64,000 nt of DNA from Macrostomum lignano (lineage: Eukaryota). A program made the translations under genes and the position numbers. The notes beneath the pieces are model-generated. The model ran no database searches and was not told the origin of the DNA. It saw only the letters and a program-made list of their open reading frames with translations. The DNA lies in assembly GCA_002269645.1 (NCBI GenBank), contig NIVC01001156.1:1-64000 (forward strand), given 5' to 3'. Of this stretch, positions 1 through 12,541 are shown piece by piece (the stretch's first letter is position 1; each line of letters starts with the position of its first letter).

Positions 1-337
1 TTTCTGTATCAGTGTGTTCGTATATATAGTATAAAGAAGCATGTTGACGTGGTTGTTGACATAGTATCTGTAAACCATCTGCTCAAGTTGGTGCGAAAAT
101 GCTATAGATACTCAAGAATAGATCATTTTGCCATATTTCTTCAAAAGGGTGGTAATATTCGCAAGTTTTCAATATTTCAATAGCACTTGAAATGTGTGAA
201 TAGCTTTGGAGTAAATTTGTCTTGAATGGAATCCTTTGAAGTGTGTTTGTGTCACCATTGCTAGAATCGGTTACTTGTATTTTGGACAGGTGGATATGCA
301 ATTCGTCTGAATAATCACGTTGCGTAAAAGATATTTA

Positions 338-406
338 GCGTGCACATGGAATTTTAGACTGCGTGCACATGGAATTTCAGACTGCGTGCACATGAAATTT
401 CGGACT
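338..406. repeat. 23-bp tandem repeat x3 (GCGTGCACATGGAATTTYAGACT)
   Basis: Units at 338-360, 361-383, 384-406 read directly. Confidence 0.9.
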
Positions 407-566
407 CTGCCATTTTTTGGGGCTGTACTTACTAAGTATTTTGCCATAAGGAAATCGGCTTTGTGTCAAAGAAACATATACTACTATCATACTTTGGGTA
501 CTTTGGCACAAGAGTCAAGACCCCTGTACCACATGCGTTCAGATCAAGGTAAACAACATCAATTAC

Positions 567-3500
567 CAGTCCATCCGTGAACTTCAGCACCACCGTCTGC
601 ACATCGGCAATCGGATATTGGGGCATCGAGTAGAAACAGTGCGCGTCGTGTGGATCCATTGTCTCGATCACGACAGTCACGTGAGCAGCATCTGGCGACA
701 CGTAGGTTATATAGCTGCCGTTGCCAGGGAGGAGGCCGCTGCCGTTGCCAACGGGAAGATAGCGCCAGCCAGGCTCGGAGAAGTGCGTGTGGTGCGCTGC
801 AGGATTTGGGAGTCGGTTGCGGTGCAGTGAGGTTTGGGTGTCGTTTGCTAATCCTAGTATGCATGTAAGTGGCTTAACGATGGTACTTTGCTTCATGTCT
901 GTCGAGTTCAAGATCCTTCAAGATGCTCACCTGTCACCCAGATTGGCGGTTTCACCTGATAGTTTCCGGACCAGGGCTCTCTGGCCGACATCAGGCTGTT
1001 ATCCGAGTAGGGAAAACCACGATAGTAGCTGGTGAGCAGGTTCCAGGCGATAGCACTGTAAACACAATTTTTAATAAAATAATTCATGCCAATTCAAAAA
1101 CAATTTAAAAATAATTCAAATTGGAAATTCACTGGTGGCACGGGTTAAAGAATACTTAAACTGTTGAGACTGACGTGCAGGGGGGTAATTAAACTGGAGA
1201 GACTGGGGTGCAGGGGTAATTAAACTGGAGAGACTGGGGTGCAGGGGTAATTAAACTGGAGAGACTGGGGTGCAGGGGTAATTAAACTGGAGAGACTGGG
1301 GTGCAGGGGTAATTAAACTGGAGAGACTGGGGTGCAGGGGTAATTAAACTGGAGAGACTGGGGTGCAGGGGTAATTAAACTGGAGAGACTGGGTGGAGGG
1401 ACAATTAAACTGGCGGGCAGTGATGCCTCACCCCGACAGGTTTCCCATCACGAATGGTTCGTTAAGAATCCTAGCCCAGCATCCTCCACCATTGATGTCG
1501 TTGTAAGCACTGAACTCCTCCGAGCAGATCATGGTCTTGTTGAGCAGCTTGGCCTCGGCGGGCTGTCAGCGCCTGGGTAGTGGGCGCCAAGAACGTCCAC
1601 AGCGTCGTACAGCGCCTTGTTTGCCGCGGCCGCCTTCAGGAAGCCGACATCCCACAGGGAGTCCGTGGCCACGATTCTCGTGGATGCGAAGCCGCTGGCG
1701 TCAAGAGCTTTTCGAAGCATCTGAGTTTGTTTTTGTGAAAAAAAATCGTGACTGCTTCCTAGTAAAGAAACGTGTGAAAACGCACAAAATGTTCAATCTT
1801 ACTACTCAATGAAGAGTAGTTGACGCTAAATATAGTTCGAATGGACTACCGGTAAAAAAATGATCTCGTGTAAAAGATTAAATTTAGAATCGATTTTAAT
1901 ATATTATGCGGAATTCAAACGGCAGAGTTTTAGCCACAGACTTTCCAAATGCTCAATTGATTTCAAGAATTCCCCAAATTGAAACACAAAGAAAGAACTT
2001 GAGGAACCATGAAGCAAAGAGTCTCTTGTTAAAAATACTCTGAGCAGCCTCACACTACTGACGCTGCCGCCATGAGACGGTTATTTGGCGCCAAACCAAA
2101 GACGCAGACGCCCACAGATTGCATCGCCCGACTTCGATCTACAGAGGAACTGCTGCAGAAGAAGATCGCCCACCTGGAGAAGAAGATCGAGCAAGAGACG
2201 GAAACGGCGAAGCGACTGGCGTCAACCAACAAAAAAGGCGCGCTGCAGGCGCTGACCGGAAGAAGCGCTACGAGAAGCAGATCCAGCAGCTGGACGGCAC
2301 TCTCAGCACGCTGGAGTTTCAGCGCGAAGCCCTGGAGAACGCCAGCATGAACCGGGAGGTCGTGAGCTCGATGAAGACCGCCTCGGAGGCAATGAAAACT
2401 GCCAACAAGGGCGTCGGCGTAGACGACATTAACAAGCTGATGGACGACATTCAGGAGCAGCGCGAGATTGCCGAGGAGCTCACTAACGCCATCTCGGCTC
2501 CATCCAGCGGATCCAGCGAACTGGACGATGACGAGCTGATGGCGGAGCTGCAGCAGCTGGAGCAGCAGGACAAGGTGCCGCAGGCTGCCGAGCCGTCACT
2601 GCAGCTGCCCGAACCCGTGCGCGACCCGCTGCCCGCCGACGGTGCAAAGAAGAAGAAAAAGCAGAAAGACGACGAGGACCTGGAAAAGCTGCAGGCCTGG
2701 CTGGCTTAGAGACCGGCGTGGTGACGCGTTGAAAGTTTGGCTTCTTGCATCCTCTGTTCAGCATTTTGTTCAGGAGTAAATCGACAATTTTAGTTTGAAT
2801 TTTGCGTTCACCTATAAATGACTGCCGTTTTGTCACCATGGTGTTTAAATGCTTTGCCCTTTAACTGGGAAGGGAAGACCGGTTAAAGAAATTGATTTGT
2901 GCGATGTACTTTTTGAGAGGCTTTCACAATGTGCTTTCACTCTGTAATATTGCCATCTCAACACTTATTTTTGAAGATCAAATTTGGCAGCTGCCAACGA
3001 TCACGCATGCATGGAGAACTGAAGGCCGCTGGACGCGCAAATCCTGCAAAAGTTACTCTGGAAGCTGCGGTTTTTCTACATTCTCTAAATTCCTATAAAT
3101 TGCCTTGATCTCACCCTCTAGACTGATTGTCGCAACTTTCTCAGTCATTTCTTCAGTTCACCGCAAAGATACTAAATAACTTGTTGTGCTACTTAGGCAC
3201 ATATACTTAAAGGCAGCCAATAAATGACTTCGATAATTTTAAAAGCCCAAGCTTGCAGGCTTAAACAACTTGCTAATTGTTTCAGTAATAATGTACATTA
3301 GCCAGTACACTGAAATGTACATGGCAGCTTTAGGCTGGAATTCCGAGAAAGGCAATAAAAACTGGGGTGGGGGCGGGAGGTAGTGTGGAAAGGCACGGTT
3401 GGAGGGTTTAAGCTGTGGGTAAGAGCCAATGAATGAGCCTTGACTTTAAAAATACATTAAAATGCTTCTGTTTAACTTACTACTGAACTGAAAGTAGCTT

Positions 3501-6116
3501 ACATGTTAATGTGCTGAGTGGCCCATCTAGTTATACCTTTGTGGTTCACCTTTACTTGTCGTTGTTGTCTCTGTTGTTGTCTGTCTAGTTTATTCTTATC
3601 TCTCTCTCTCCCTCTCTCGCTGGCTTCTGATTATATAATTATTTTTTAGCTTCACCGCTCTCCAGCTATACTTTGACAGTTTTTCTCATCAAACTTGTGA
3701 CTGCAGAGTGCGAAAGAACATTGTGTACTTTAAAAATTAAAATTATAAAAATAGAAAGATTCTTACAATAATGTAATCCGCATTCCATGGGCGCTCATTC
3801 CAGATCTACAATGAACGCGATAGAATCGATAGCTTCCAGTTAGTTTCAAGTTACACCGTTAATAACATTGGTCAAGCTAGATAGCAATCGAGGTCGCTTA
3901 CACCCAGGTACTCCATATGAAGCCCGTGCACAGCCTTGGCGCCCTTCACCCAGGTCATGATGTAGCGCAGCAGGTTGCTGGAGTTGTTATAGTACGGGTC
4001 CAGGTCCGGTCCGCCAATCCAGCCGGGAAAAACCCACGGCAGTCCGTAGAGTTTTATATTATTGTTAATCTGTGGGAAATTTAGAGAAAATTATTCGATA
4101 CAGAAATTCTACTGTAAGTAGAAATATGAGAAAATTGACGTTTCAGACAGGATTGCGCGTAAAAAAAGAATAGCGTAATTATCAGCGGACAGGCCATCGC
4201 TGATAAGCCCGGTTAGCTCAGTCGGTAGAGCATGAGACTCTTAATCTCAGGGTCGTGGGTTCGAGCCCCACATTGGGCGAAGTTTTTTTCTGTTGAATTT
4301 TTAAAAATCTGGGATGAAAATTTGAAGTCATTTTCAAAGTAGTCAAATGCCAATTAGCATATTTTTAAGGAACGCAATTTTTTAAATATATTTTTCGAAT
4401 CAGTCCGGCGTTTTTCACGCACAAGATTTTGGCATATCAATTAGAGTGAAAGTTTCTAGTGTCGAATGCTGTTAAAGATTTTCAGCACATATTCATTTTC
4501 TATATTTGTCACTGCTGGTAATTGAGATAACTATCGATCTGCCAAGATATTCAACATTCCCTGCTACTGTATGTCTTCGTGTACTTCATACAGAGTGTAG
4601 GTCAAACGGTCAAGGTATGTTGAAAAGCTAACCTTATAATGGGGACAAGCTTGCCCTGTTGGAGTCGTTGCTTTAGACGATAGCAGTAGAAGAAAAGGTA
4701 GATAAGCTTTGTGCCAGGGAAGTGATGTGCATGTCACGAAGGGTAGAAAGGATATAGACGAGCTAGGGATCGAGTGAGGTGGGTGCCACGGGGGTAGAAA
4801 GGATAGAGAGAAGACGAGCTGGGGAGTGAGGTGGGTGCCACGAGGGTAGAAAGGATAGAGAGAAGACGAGCTGGGGAGTGAGGTGGGTGCCACGAGGGTA
4901 GAAAGGATAGAGAGAAGACGAGCTGGGGAGTGAGGTGGGTATCACGAGGGGTAGAAAGGATAGAGAGAAGACGAGCTGGGGAGTGAGGTGGGTATCACGA
5001 GGGGTAAAAAGGATAGACAGAAGACGAGCTGGGAAGGTGGTTGTCACGAGGGGTAGAAAGGATAGAGAGAAGACGAGCTGGGGAGTGAGGTGGGTATCAC
5101 GAGGGGTAGAAAGGATAGAGAGAAGAATAGCTGGGGAGTGAGGTGGGTGCCACGAGGGGTTTAAAGGACTGAGAGGAGGCAGCTGAGGAGTGAGGTGGGC
5201 ACTTGAAGTGCTCATGTATAGCCAAACCTTTTTAACATCTTTCATCAGCGACCACTCGTAGCCGCGGTCAAAGCTGACATCGTCGGCTGTGTGCATGTGC
5301 GATGACTCGGTGCCATCGGTGCTCTGCGAATCGCCACCGATCTCCACTTTGAGGATCTGCAGGGCGGCGCCAAATTTCGGCTGTTTGGGGTGGGGAAGTG
5401 AGAGAGGTGAATTTTGTACACGAACTCCAATGAATTGTAAGTTTGAAGCTGGAAGACTCCAGCCGTTCAGTTATCGCAAGTTAGATATTACCTTAAAAAG
5501 GTAATTCAGAATTTGGTTATATTTTCTTGGAAACTTGGCAGCGTAGGAACTCAGCAATTTCGACGTTGCCTGCAATTGAAACACAAAAAGTATGTCAAGT
5601 TTCTGTCAAGTTTCTGGACAGATTGAATGTGAATAATATAGGATTTAAAGCAAAAAGGATTAAGCTTAACTCCCGTAATTGATCGCCAATTGAAAAAGAG
5701 CGGGGAGTGGGGTGGGTTCCCAAGGGGTAAAAGGGACGGAAAGGAGACGAGTGGGGAGTGGGGTGGGTGCATAGAGGGTAGAAAGGACGGAAAGAGACGA
5801 GTGGGGAGTGGGGTGGGTGCATAGAGGGTAGAAAGGACGGAAAGAGACGAGTGGGGAGTGGGGTAGGTGCACAGAAGGAAGAAAGGACGGAAAACTCATG
5901 AGTACTAGCAGACGACAAAATTATATAAAAGTCGCCACTCACTCCCCCACCGCTGATGCCGCCGATGCCTTCAAACTTTTGCGCCAAGCCGCCAGCAAGG
6001 CTGAATTTGATCTCGGCGGCTGGTGCTGACTTCGGCAGCGACAGAGCCTGTATGCTCAGAGCCAGTAGGGCCGTCAAGATCACGGTGACAGCTGGTCTAT
6101 GTGGAACTCGGATCAT
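567..6116 (-). CDS. GALC: Galactocerebrosidase (glycoside hydrolase family 59), multi-exon; 3' exons below 567 not resolved; 1-bp frameshift at 1560-1562
   Basis: Exons traced by hand with GT-AG boundaries and matching phases: 5943-6116 (ATG, signal peptide, [11 protein letters not shown]), 5492-5569 (ATSKLL..ILNYLFK), 5228-5380 ([30 protein letters not shown]), 3902-4069 ([13 protein letters not shown]), 3767-3805 ([12 protein letters not shown]), 1432-1720 ([19 protein letters not shown]; 289 nt, one short of the 290 needed), 931-1055 ([20 protein letters not shown]), 567-796 ([13 protein letters not shown]). Motifs match recalled vertebrate GALC motifs in order. Confidence 0.93.
1168..1412. 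repeat. 31-bp G-rich minisatellite filling most of GALC intron 1056-1431
   Basis: Unit GACTGGGGTGCAGGGGTAATTAAACTGGAGA, about 7-8 copies. Confidence 0.95.
2072..2709 (+). CDS. CHMP4B: ESCRT-III subunit CHMP4/Snf7/Shrub, intronless, nested antisense in a GALC intron; 1-bp frameshift at about 2255-2257
   Basis: ORF 2072 ([29 protein letters not shown]) joins ORF 2119 frame ([76 protein letters not shown]). Snf7 family motifs are conserved end to end. Confidence 0.93.
4207..4279 (+). tRNA. tRNA-Lys-CTT: tRNA-Lys (anticodon CTT), inside GALC intron 4070-5227
   Basis: 73 nt GCCCGGTTAGCTCAGTCGGTAGAGCATGAGACTCTTAATCTCAGGGTCGTGGGTTCGAGCCCCACATTGGGCG. Cloverleaf folds, A and B boxes intact, nearly identical to the canonical metazoan tRNA-Lys-CTT. 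Confidence 0.97.
4283..4289 (+). terminator. RNA polymerase III terminator (T7 run) of tRNA-Lys
   Basis: TTTTTTT starting 4 nt after the tRNA 3' end. Confidence 0.85.
4745..5200. repeat. 52-53-bp purine-rich minisatellite in GALC intron
   Basis: Unit GAGAGAAGACGAGCTGGGGAGTGAGGTGGGTGCCACGAGGGTAGAAAGGATA, about 8 copies. Confidence 0.93.
5700..5885. repeat. 50-bp minisatellite in GALC intron 1, related to the 4745-5200 unit
   Basis: Unit GAAAGGACGGAAAGAGACGAGTGGGGAGTGGGGTGGGTGCATAGAGGGTA, about 3.5 copies. Confidence 0.9.
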
Positions 6117-6408
6117 TGGTACTATTTTGCGGTCGGAGTCCAAGATCTCTAGGTGTTTGGAAACAATTAAAGTTACAGATGATGCTGCGAGCGCAGTTTT
6201 AAAAAGGTGAAAGCTTGGCTTCAACTTGTTACTGATCTTGTCTTAGCCAACTAAAATGGCAACGTCCATGCACTCTTCCCAGAAACTGCGTGTCGAGAAG
6301 CAGTGGGGCCAGAAAATTGCTTATCTCTAAGCTATATCTGCTGCCTAATGATATACTGCGACCGTGTTGTTCCATTTGCACACGGCCTGAAGTTATGCGC
6401 TGCACTGG

Positions 6409-8148
6409 CACGCCTCCCCTGAAGAGAGAATTCGGTCGATACAATATGCCCTGAAAACTACTGATTTCCCATGAATCTATGACCCAGCAGAAGTCTAAAA
6501 AAGCAATCCTAGAAATCCTATCGCATTGTCTGCACAGTGTACAGGCATGCAATTAGTACAGTGACTTTAGTTTATATCGGTGTAGAATGAAACTAATCCA
6601 TTCTGCCAGAGCCTCAGAAGTTGGCCTTCATGGCTGAGAATGGCCTCAGGCCAATCGCACGGAATCGAACCAACTATACATGCATAAATTTTCGCAAGAG
6701 GCAGCTGCTCAGCCTCTCAATTGCACTCTTGGGCTTCATCAGTTGTTTATTATTAAAGTGCAGCCGAGCTCTGGCAGCCCATCTCAATTCTGTCCAGCTC
6801 TCGGCCTGCCCAGGACAGTGTGGGACTCACATGTAGGCTGATTTTGGATTTCACACGGTTTATCTGTGCACTGCGGCTGCCTGGCTTTTTTATTGTATTT
6901 TGCACTTGGTGACCGGCAATTTAGCATTTCACTGCTGAGATTTGTCAACTCGACAGCTCAGCTTCTCTACTCTCTATAAGATCCCAGCTCAGATCATGCA
7001 GAATCCGCTCAATAAACGCTTGTTTTCTCATGCTTCAAGAAAGCGCTAAACTATCAAAAAAGTGCAGCTGGCTGTCAGCTCAGCCTCCGCCCGTCATCTC
7101 TGAGCACAGAAGCGAAGGTGCAGTGAGGGGGCAGGCAGGGTGCTCAAGCACAATGCAGAGTCTCCATTGTGCGAGGCTGGGGCTGCAACTCATTCGGGAG
7201 CAGCCGCCACTGCAGCCTCAGACAGCTCAGGTTTGCGCTGCTCATCTCGGCAGCCTCATCGCTAATTAAATCTATAACCTTCATCTGGAACGGCCCCACC
7301 CAGCTCAGCACTCGCAGTGCGACAGTCTGGCGTGATAAAAGGCGGCAAAGAGAAAACTGCTCGAGTTCGCAATCACCCCATACTGGCCTCTCGAACCACC
7401 CAACCCCCCGGCAACTCCTGCCTGCCTGAGATAATAAACAAGTCTAGCTGGAATGCAGCTCCATCCAGCTCACTACTCAAAACAGAGACCGAGCTGTGCA
7501 GGGAGGCTGGCAGAGCGGTGCGCCGGCCTGAGAATAGCGAGCGAGCAGAGATAATTACTGCTTGAGGTTAAGCTGGCCTCTCTAAACACCCGCTCCCTAC
7601 AGCTCAAGACTGCTTTTTGTCATAAATAAGGCATTGTTGCCATGCTTGAATCTCAGAATTTGATGGCTCTCAGGCCATTCAGTGCGGCTCAAGCCTGTCT
7701 GTTGCTGCTGGCTGCAGGTGGCAGGAATGCGAAATGCAGTGAGCTGCTGCGGCCGAGAGCTGGACAGAGTTGAGATGGGCTGCCGGAGCTCGGCTGCACT
7801 TTAATAATAAACAACTGATGAAGCCCGAGACTGCAATTGAGGGGCTGAGCAGCTGCCTCTTGCGAAAATTTATGCATGTATAGTTGGTTCGATTCCGTGC
7901 GATTGGCCTGAGGCCATTCTCAGCCATGAAGGCCAACTTCTGAGGCTCTGGCAGAATGGATTAGTTTCATTCTACACCGATATAAACTAAAGTCACTGTA
8001 CTAATTGCATGCCTGTACACTGTGCAGACAATGCGATAGGATTTCTAGGATTGCTTTTTTAGACTTCTGCTGGGTCATAGATTCATGGGAAATCAGTAGT
8101 TTTCAGGGCATATTGTATCGACCGAATTCTCTCTTCAGGGGAGGCGTG
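6409..8148. mobile_element. Non-autonomous DNA transposon with 398-bp terminal inverted repeats; Chapaev (CMC superfamily)-like
   Basis: TIRs 6409-6806 and 7751-8148 differ at 5 positions by manual comparison, all in the inner ~100 bp. Termini 5'-CAC..GTG-3'; 4-bp direct repeat CTGG at 6405-6408 and 8149-8152. No transposase ORF in the 944-bp core. Confidence 0.85.
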
Positions 8149-9430
8149 CTGGGCAAGCCATTTGAAAAGCAGCCAGTAATGAAAATAAAAAATTTCCAGT
8201 CTAAGAACTTATTTATTTGACATCCTTTGTTAATAAAATACCGCGCATTAGCAATTTAACAATATAAATGAAACTTTTTTGCTATGCATCTATTTGGAAC
8301 TAGGAGTTGCGAAACCGGTTTCACCAAAACTATGAACCAGTAAACAGGTACTTTTCGCGGTTTCTATTTTCAAAAAATGCCGATTGTCTTACAATGAATA
8401 ATGATGTTTACTTTCTGAGACTTGAAAATACACTAATTTATAGAGAGATAAATTGTAGTTTTTACAAATGAATAACAAGAATTTCCAAGCAATTTCCGAC
8501 TAAGGCATGCTAGGGCAGGAATCAGTCTGTGCAGTAAGTATAGCCTGGACACAAGTTTATTTTGTTTGTTTGTTTAACGAGAAACCACAAAGAAAGAAAG
8601 ACAAGAAAAAGACATGAATGGTGAGGCTGTGGGTTTTAGCGACCGGGCCCTAGTTCACCCCACCCATTCTTCCGTTGTTTGTTTAACTAGAGAGGCCGAG
8701 GGCAGGGTGCATGCAGGTTGGGGACGCTGTCTGTTTGGCCCGTTTTCCGCGATCAATTATAACGACAAGGCCAACCACACGCCAAGGCCAAGCCCTCTAA
8801 AATTCTACTCCATAAGTAGACTTTTCCCTTTAATTAATCTTACCTGCATCGAGAAAATACTTGTTGTTGGCTTTTGCCGAAAGGGCAAGAACTGTGACAG
8901 TATCGGACAAGATATAAATGATAAAAATCGTACACTTGTGAACCCCTCCCTTGTAGAGATCTCCAAACCTAGCAGACTACTAAAAGTCGTAAGATAAAAA
9001 TATGAATACAGTTTAAATATAGCAAGGGTCATACTCTTAAGTAATGCCAGTAATATCACGAAAACAGCGAACGTGTTCATTCCATAGTTCGAAAAAACGG
9101 TTTTCAACGGTCTATTTACAAAAATGGTAATTTTAACCTAAATACGACCCAAGTCTCACCCTTTTCTATTCAAAACCCTGAAATTCTGTTCTGAGACCGC
9201 AAGTCTGGGAGCAGAATTTTGTGATCACTTACTGTCGCGGGCACCTCTTCTTAGCGGGCGGATTCGTAGAGCTTGTCTCCTCATTGTGGTTTCCTCCGGA
9301 GTTTCTTGGATTCTGAAGCCGGCCGAGTACGAGTATAAGAGCACTTTAGCGAATGTAGTGAGAAATATATCCGTCGATATTAATGTATTTGGTGTGATCA
9401 GTAATCAGAGTCATCCGGGATGCGCCCTAG

Positions 9431-10321
9431 TAACAAACAACTATAACAGAATACGCGTTCAGCGTCACAGGGCGCGCCTCAAGGCCAGGTCGCGAATGAA
9501 CGCTACGCCGCCGGCCGAATCCGGGGCGCCGGCGTCAGCCAGCAGGCAGTCGACGAAACGCAGAGTGCGGGCCTGCCCCCGCCGGTAGGGTGCCTGCAGC
9601 GTTAGCAGCAGCATCTCTTGCACCTGCTGTGGGCAGTACGACTCGGGCGCGGATGATGTGGCTCGCCAGCTGGAGTCGCCAACGACGCAACGAGTCGCTT
9701 GGGACGGACCAGACCGCCGAGGTAGACGAACTGCTGACAACGCGGAAGCTCTGTCGCCTGTCCATCAGCCCCTCGGCACAAAATCGCAGCCTCGATGTCG
9801 TCCGGCACGCAGAGCACGACGGTCTTCTGCGTGTTGACCACCAGGCCGACACTCGCCGCAACAGCAACTAGCTTTTCCAGTTGTCACTGGGCGCCCTCGA
9901 CAGTGGGAGATCGTCGGCGTAGCCAAGCACGCTGAGCCGTCTCTCCGGTTTACGTCGACCCACGCGTTGCCGCAACAGAAAGCCGTGGTTGTAGGTAGGA
10001 AAAGCGGTCTGCAGCACCCAGTCAAGCACCAGAACGAACAGGAACGGCGCAGGCGTATCTCTCTGAAGCACCCCGGAGGATGTCTCAAAGAAGGCGGATA
10101 GGCCGTCCGGTGTTGAAACAGTACCTTTCATATCGCGGTACATCACCATGATTGCGGAAATCAGCTGCTCTGGCACGTTGTACGCACGGAGCACCTTATG
10201 GGAGCACAGAGCTGATGACCGAGTCGAATGCCTTCTTGAAATCTATGAAGATAAGATAACAATCAGGATCGACTGGCGTGTCCGTGCCTCCTCGATGACT
10301 CAGCAAAGAGCCAGGATCTGC
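9431..10321 (-). mobile_element. 5'-truncated, degraded RTE-clade LINE (RT C-terminal half and 3' end)
   Basis: ETSSGVLQRDTPAPFLFVLVLDWVLQ..LSVLGYADD; clear homology to the 16801-19890 copy; frameshifts present. Confidence 0.88.
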
Positions 10322-11989
10322 CCAGGCCCTGAAATGCGCCATGTGACATGTCTCACACCTGAATGGCTGACAATGTATTTTGTCGTTGTTTGTGGTGTTT
10401 TGTCGTAGGGGTCACGTAATGCGTGATCTTGTTCTTCTAGTGCTTCATCTGCAGTAACAAAGCTTTCTCCATCTTCCAAAAGCTCGTGACTTATTATTCT
10501 TCTACCATGTTGAATGCGTGCGTCTATTTGCAGCCAAAGGGACGCCAATAGCACTGGAAATGACTAAATTAAGTGCTCGGATAAATGGCGGCCTCTCCGA
10601 CTGAACCGCGCAAGACAGAGCAAAGAGCCAGCCAATCAAAACCCCGCCCAGGGCAGGGCGCAGCCCTTGTGCCACAACAGGGCTGGCCGCAGTCAACCAG
10701 CGCAGAGCACGGAGCAGGGCGCACGACAGGGGATGGGCAAGCCAAAGCCCTGCGGCCAACCAGGCCGGCCACTGGGCCTAACCCGCCCCCACCCCTCAGC
10801 CAGCCTCAAAGTGCACCGCGCCTTTGACAAACCGAAAAGGGAACATGCACTGCACACTCATAAACTTATTTTTTAATTTGTGGGATAGAAGTAATATTTA
10901 CTTTGTGAGTTTTAGTCCGTAATAATGCCATGCAAGCTCTCAATCCGGTGTACATCTAGCCAGAGATACGAGTACATTGTGTCAATTCACTTCTGTACGA
11001 GCCAACTAAGTTGTTTTTTAATAGATTCCTGAGTCGTAAACCATACGCTCGTATTAGCTTAGCATTTTAATGAAGACAAGGGAAGCTACGAAAATCGAAA
11101 CACACGAAACGGGACGCTTTAACCGACTTAATTACGATTACACCGGTTGGATCTTAGTACAATGATAGATCAAAGGCTAGATGTAAGCGGACTAAATGAG
11201 TTTATTTGGTGCGGACTGCGTACTGCCCACTGCTAGTCTATAAATCTGCATGGAAAATACACTCAGCAACATGTTAAAGTTTTCACCCCAGAACCAGTGG
11301 TCAACTTTCCTCAGTTCTCAGACCCAAGTGACGCAATTCACACCACGTCCGCGGGGCTCGTATGGGCTGATTTCGCAATCAAGCTGATATGAAGAAAAAT
11401 AAGTTAATATTAGTGTATTGTCAATGATAATATTAAGAATTAATTAATTTATTCATTATTCAACTGATCAATAATTCATCAGTTGACCACTGGCTTCGGG
11501 GTGGAATCTTCGGGGTAAACATGTTAAGGACGCATCGCTGTGGCCGAGTGCAATGGAACTCTCCTGACTCCTTAATCCTAACAAGATGGTGCTAACGATC
11601 CTGACTCTTAGATCGCTGTTCCTTGCTATACAACTAAAAGTAATGTTAAAGATTCTCGAGAGACCTACACTCGTAGTTGAATCTGTTGAATAAGAGAGCA
11701 CTCTGAGAAAAACTCCCAGCTTCTAGTCCTAACTCTGACTCTTCATGCATTACTAGCTAAGAGCACTCTTGACTCCTAGTCCAATGATTTGTGCACTCCC
11801 CAGCTCTTAATTTTATAGCACGGGCCCCCTGATACTCCCTGTGTTCAGAACTCTTCGCTCGTTACTGTATTATACTCTACCTGTTATAATGAAATTGGCC
11901 TATGCACTTTGCTAGCTAGAATTTTGCCAGCTTCTTCTGACCGAAATTATAACTTTGTTAAATCTGCTCAATATTAACTCAATTTAACT

Positions 11990-12470
11990 TAGCAGTGGCT
12001 CAATGGAGGGTTGGTGAGATGCAATGGCTCAATGGAGAGGTGTTGAGATGCAGTGGCTCAATGGAGAGTTGCTGAGATGCAATGGCTCAATGGAGAGTTG
12101 CTGAGATGCAATGGCTCAATGGAGAGTTGCTGAGATGCAGTGGCTCAATGGAGAGTTGCTGAGATGCAGTGGCTCAATGGAGAGTTGCTGAGATGCAATG
12201 GCTCAATGGAGAGGTGCTGAGATGCAATGGTTCAATGGAGAGGTGCTGAGATGCAATGGTTCAATGGAGAGGTGCTGAGATGCAATGGCTCAATGGAGGG
12301 TTGCTGAGATGCAATGGTTCAATGGAGAGGTGCTGAGATGCAGTGGTTCAATGGAGAGGTGCTGAGATGCAATGGCTCAATGGAGGGTTGCTGAGATGCA
12401 ATGGTTCAATGGAGAGGTGCTGAGATGCAGTGGCTTAATGGAGGGTTGCTGAGATGCAATGGTTCAATGG
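11990..12470. repeat. 29-bp minisatellite
   Basis: Unit GCTGAGATGCAATGGCTCAATGGAGAGTT, about 16 copies. Confidence 0.95.
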
Positions 12471-12541
12471 AAATTCTAAGGCTCTAAGATTCCAAGGGGA
12501 TGCTGAGATCTTAGGGCTTGACAGATCGATATCAAGGGTAA

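Noticed and set aside
83-566. Further GALC 3' exons (ORF 83-301 and the tail of ORF 432-911)
   Set aside because: Only weak, frame-inconsistent similarity; no phase-compatible GT-AG path could be built.
2230-2260. Programmed -1 frameshift in CHMP4 at the A6 run
   Set aside because: Shifting there would destroy the conserved ALQAL segment. The break maps to 2255-2257, where there is no slippery heptamer.
10560-10870. GC-rich segment with CCAAT, GC-box and YY1-like motifs, loosely similar to 8614-8800
   Set aside because: No defined ends, TSD or convincing alignment; it may be a repeat fragment but cannot be classified.
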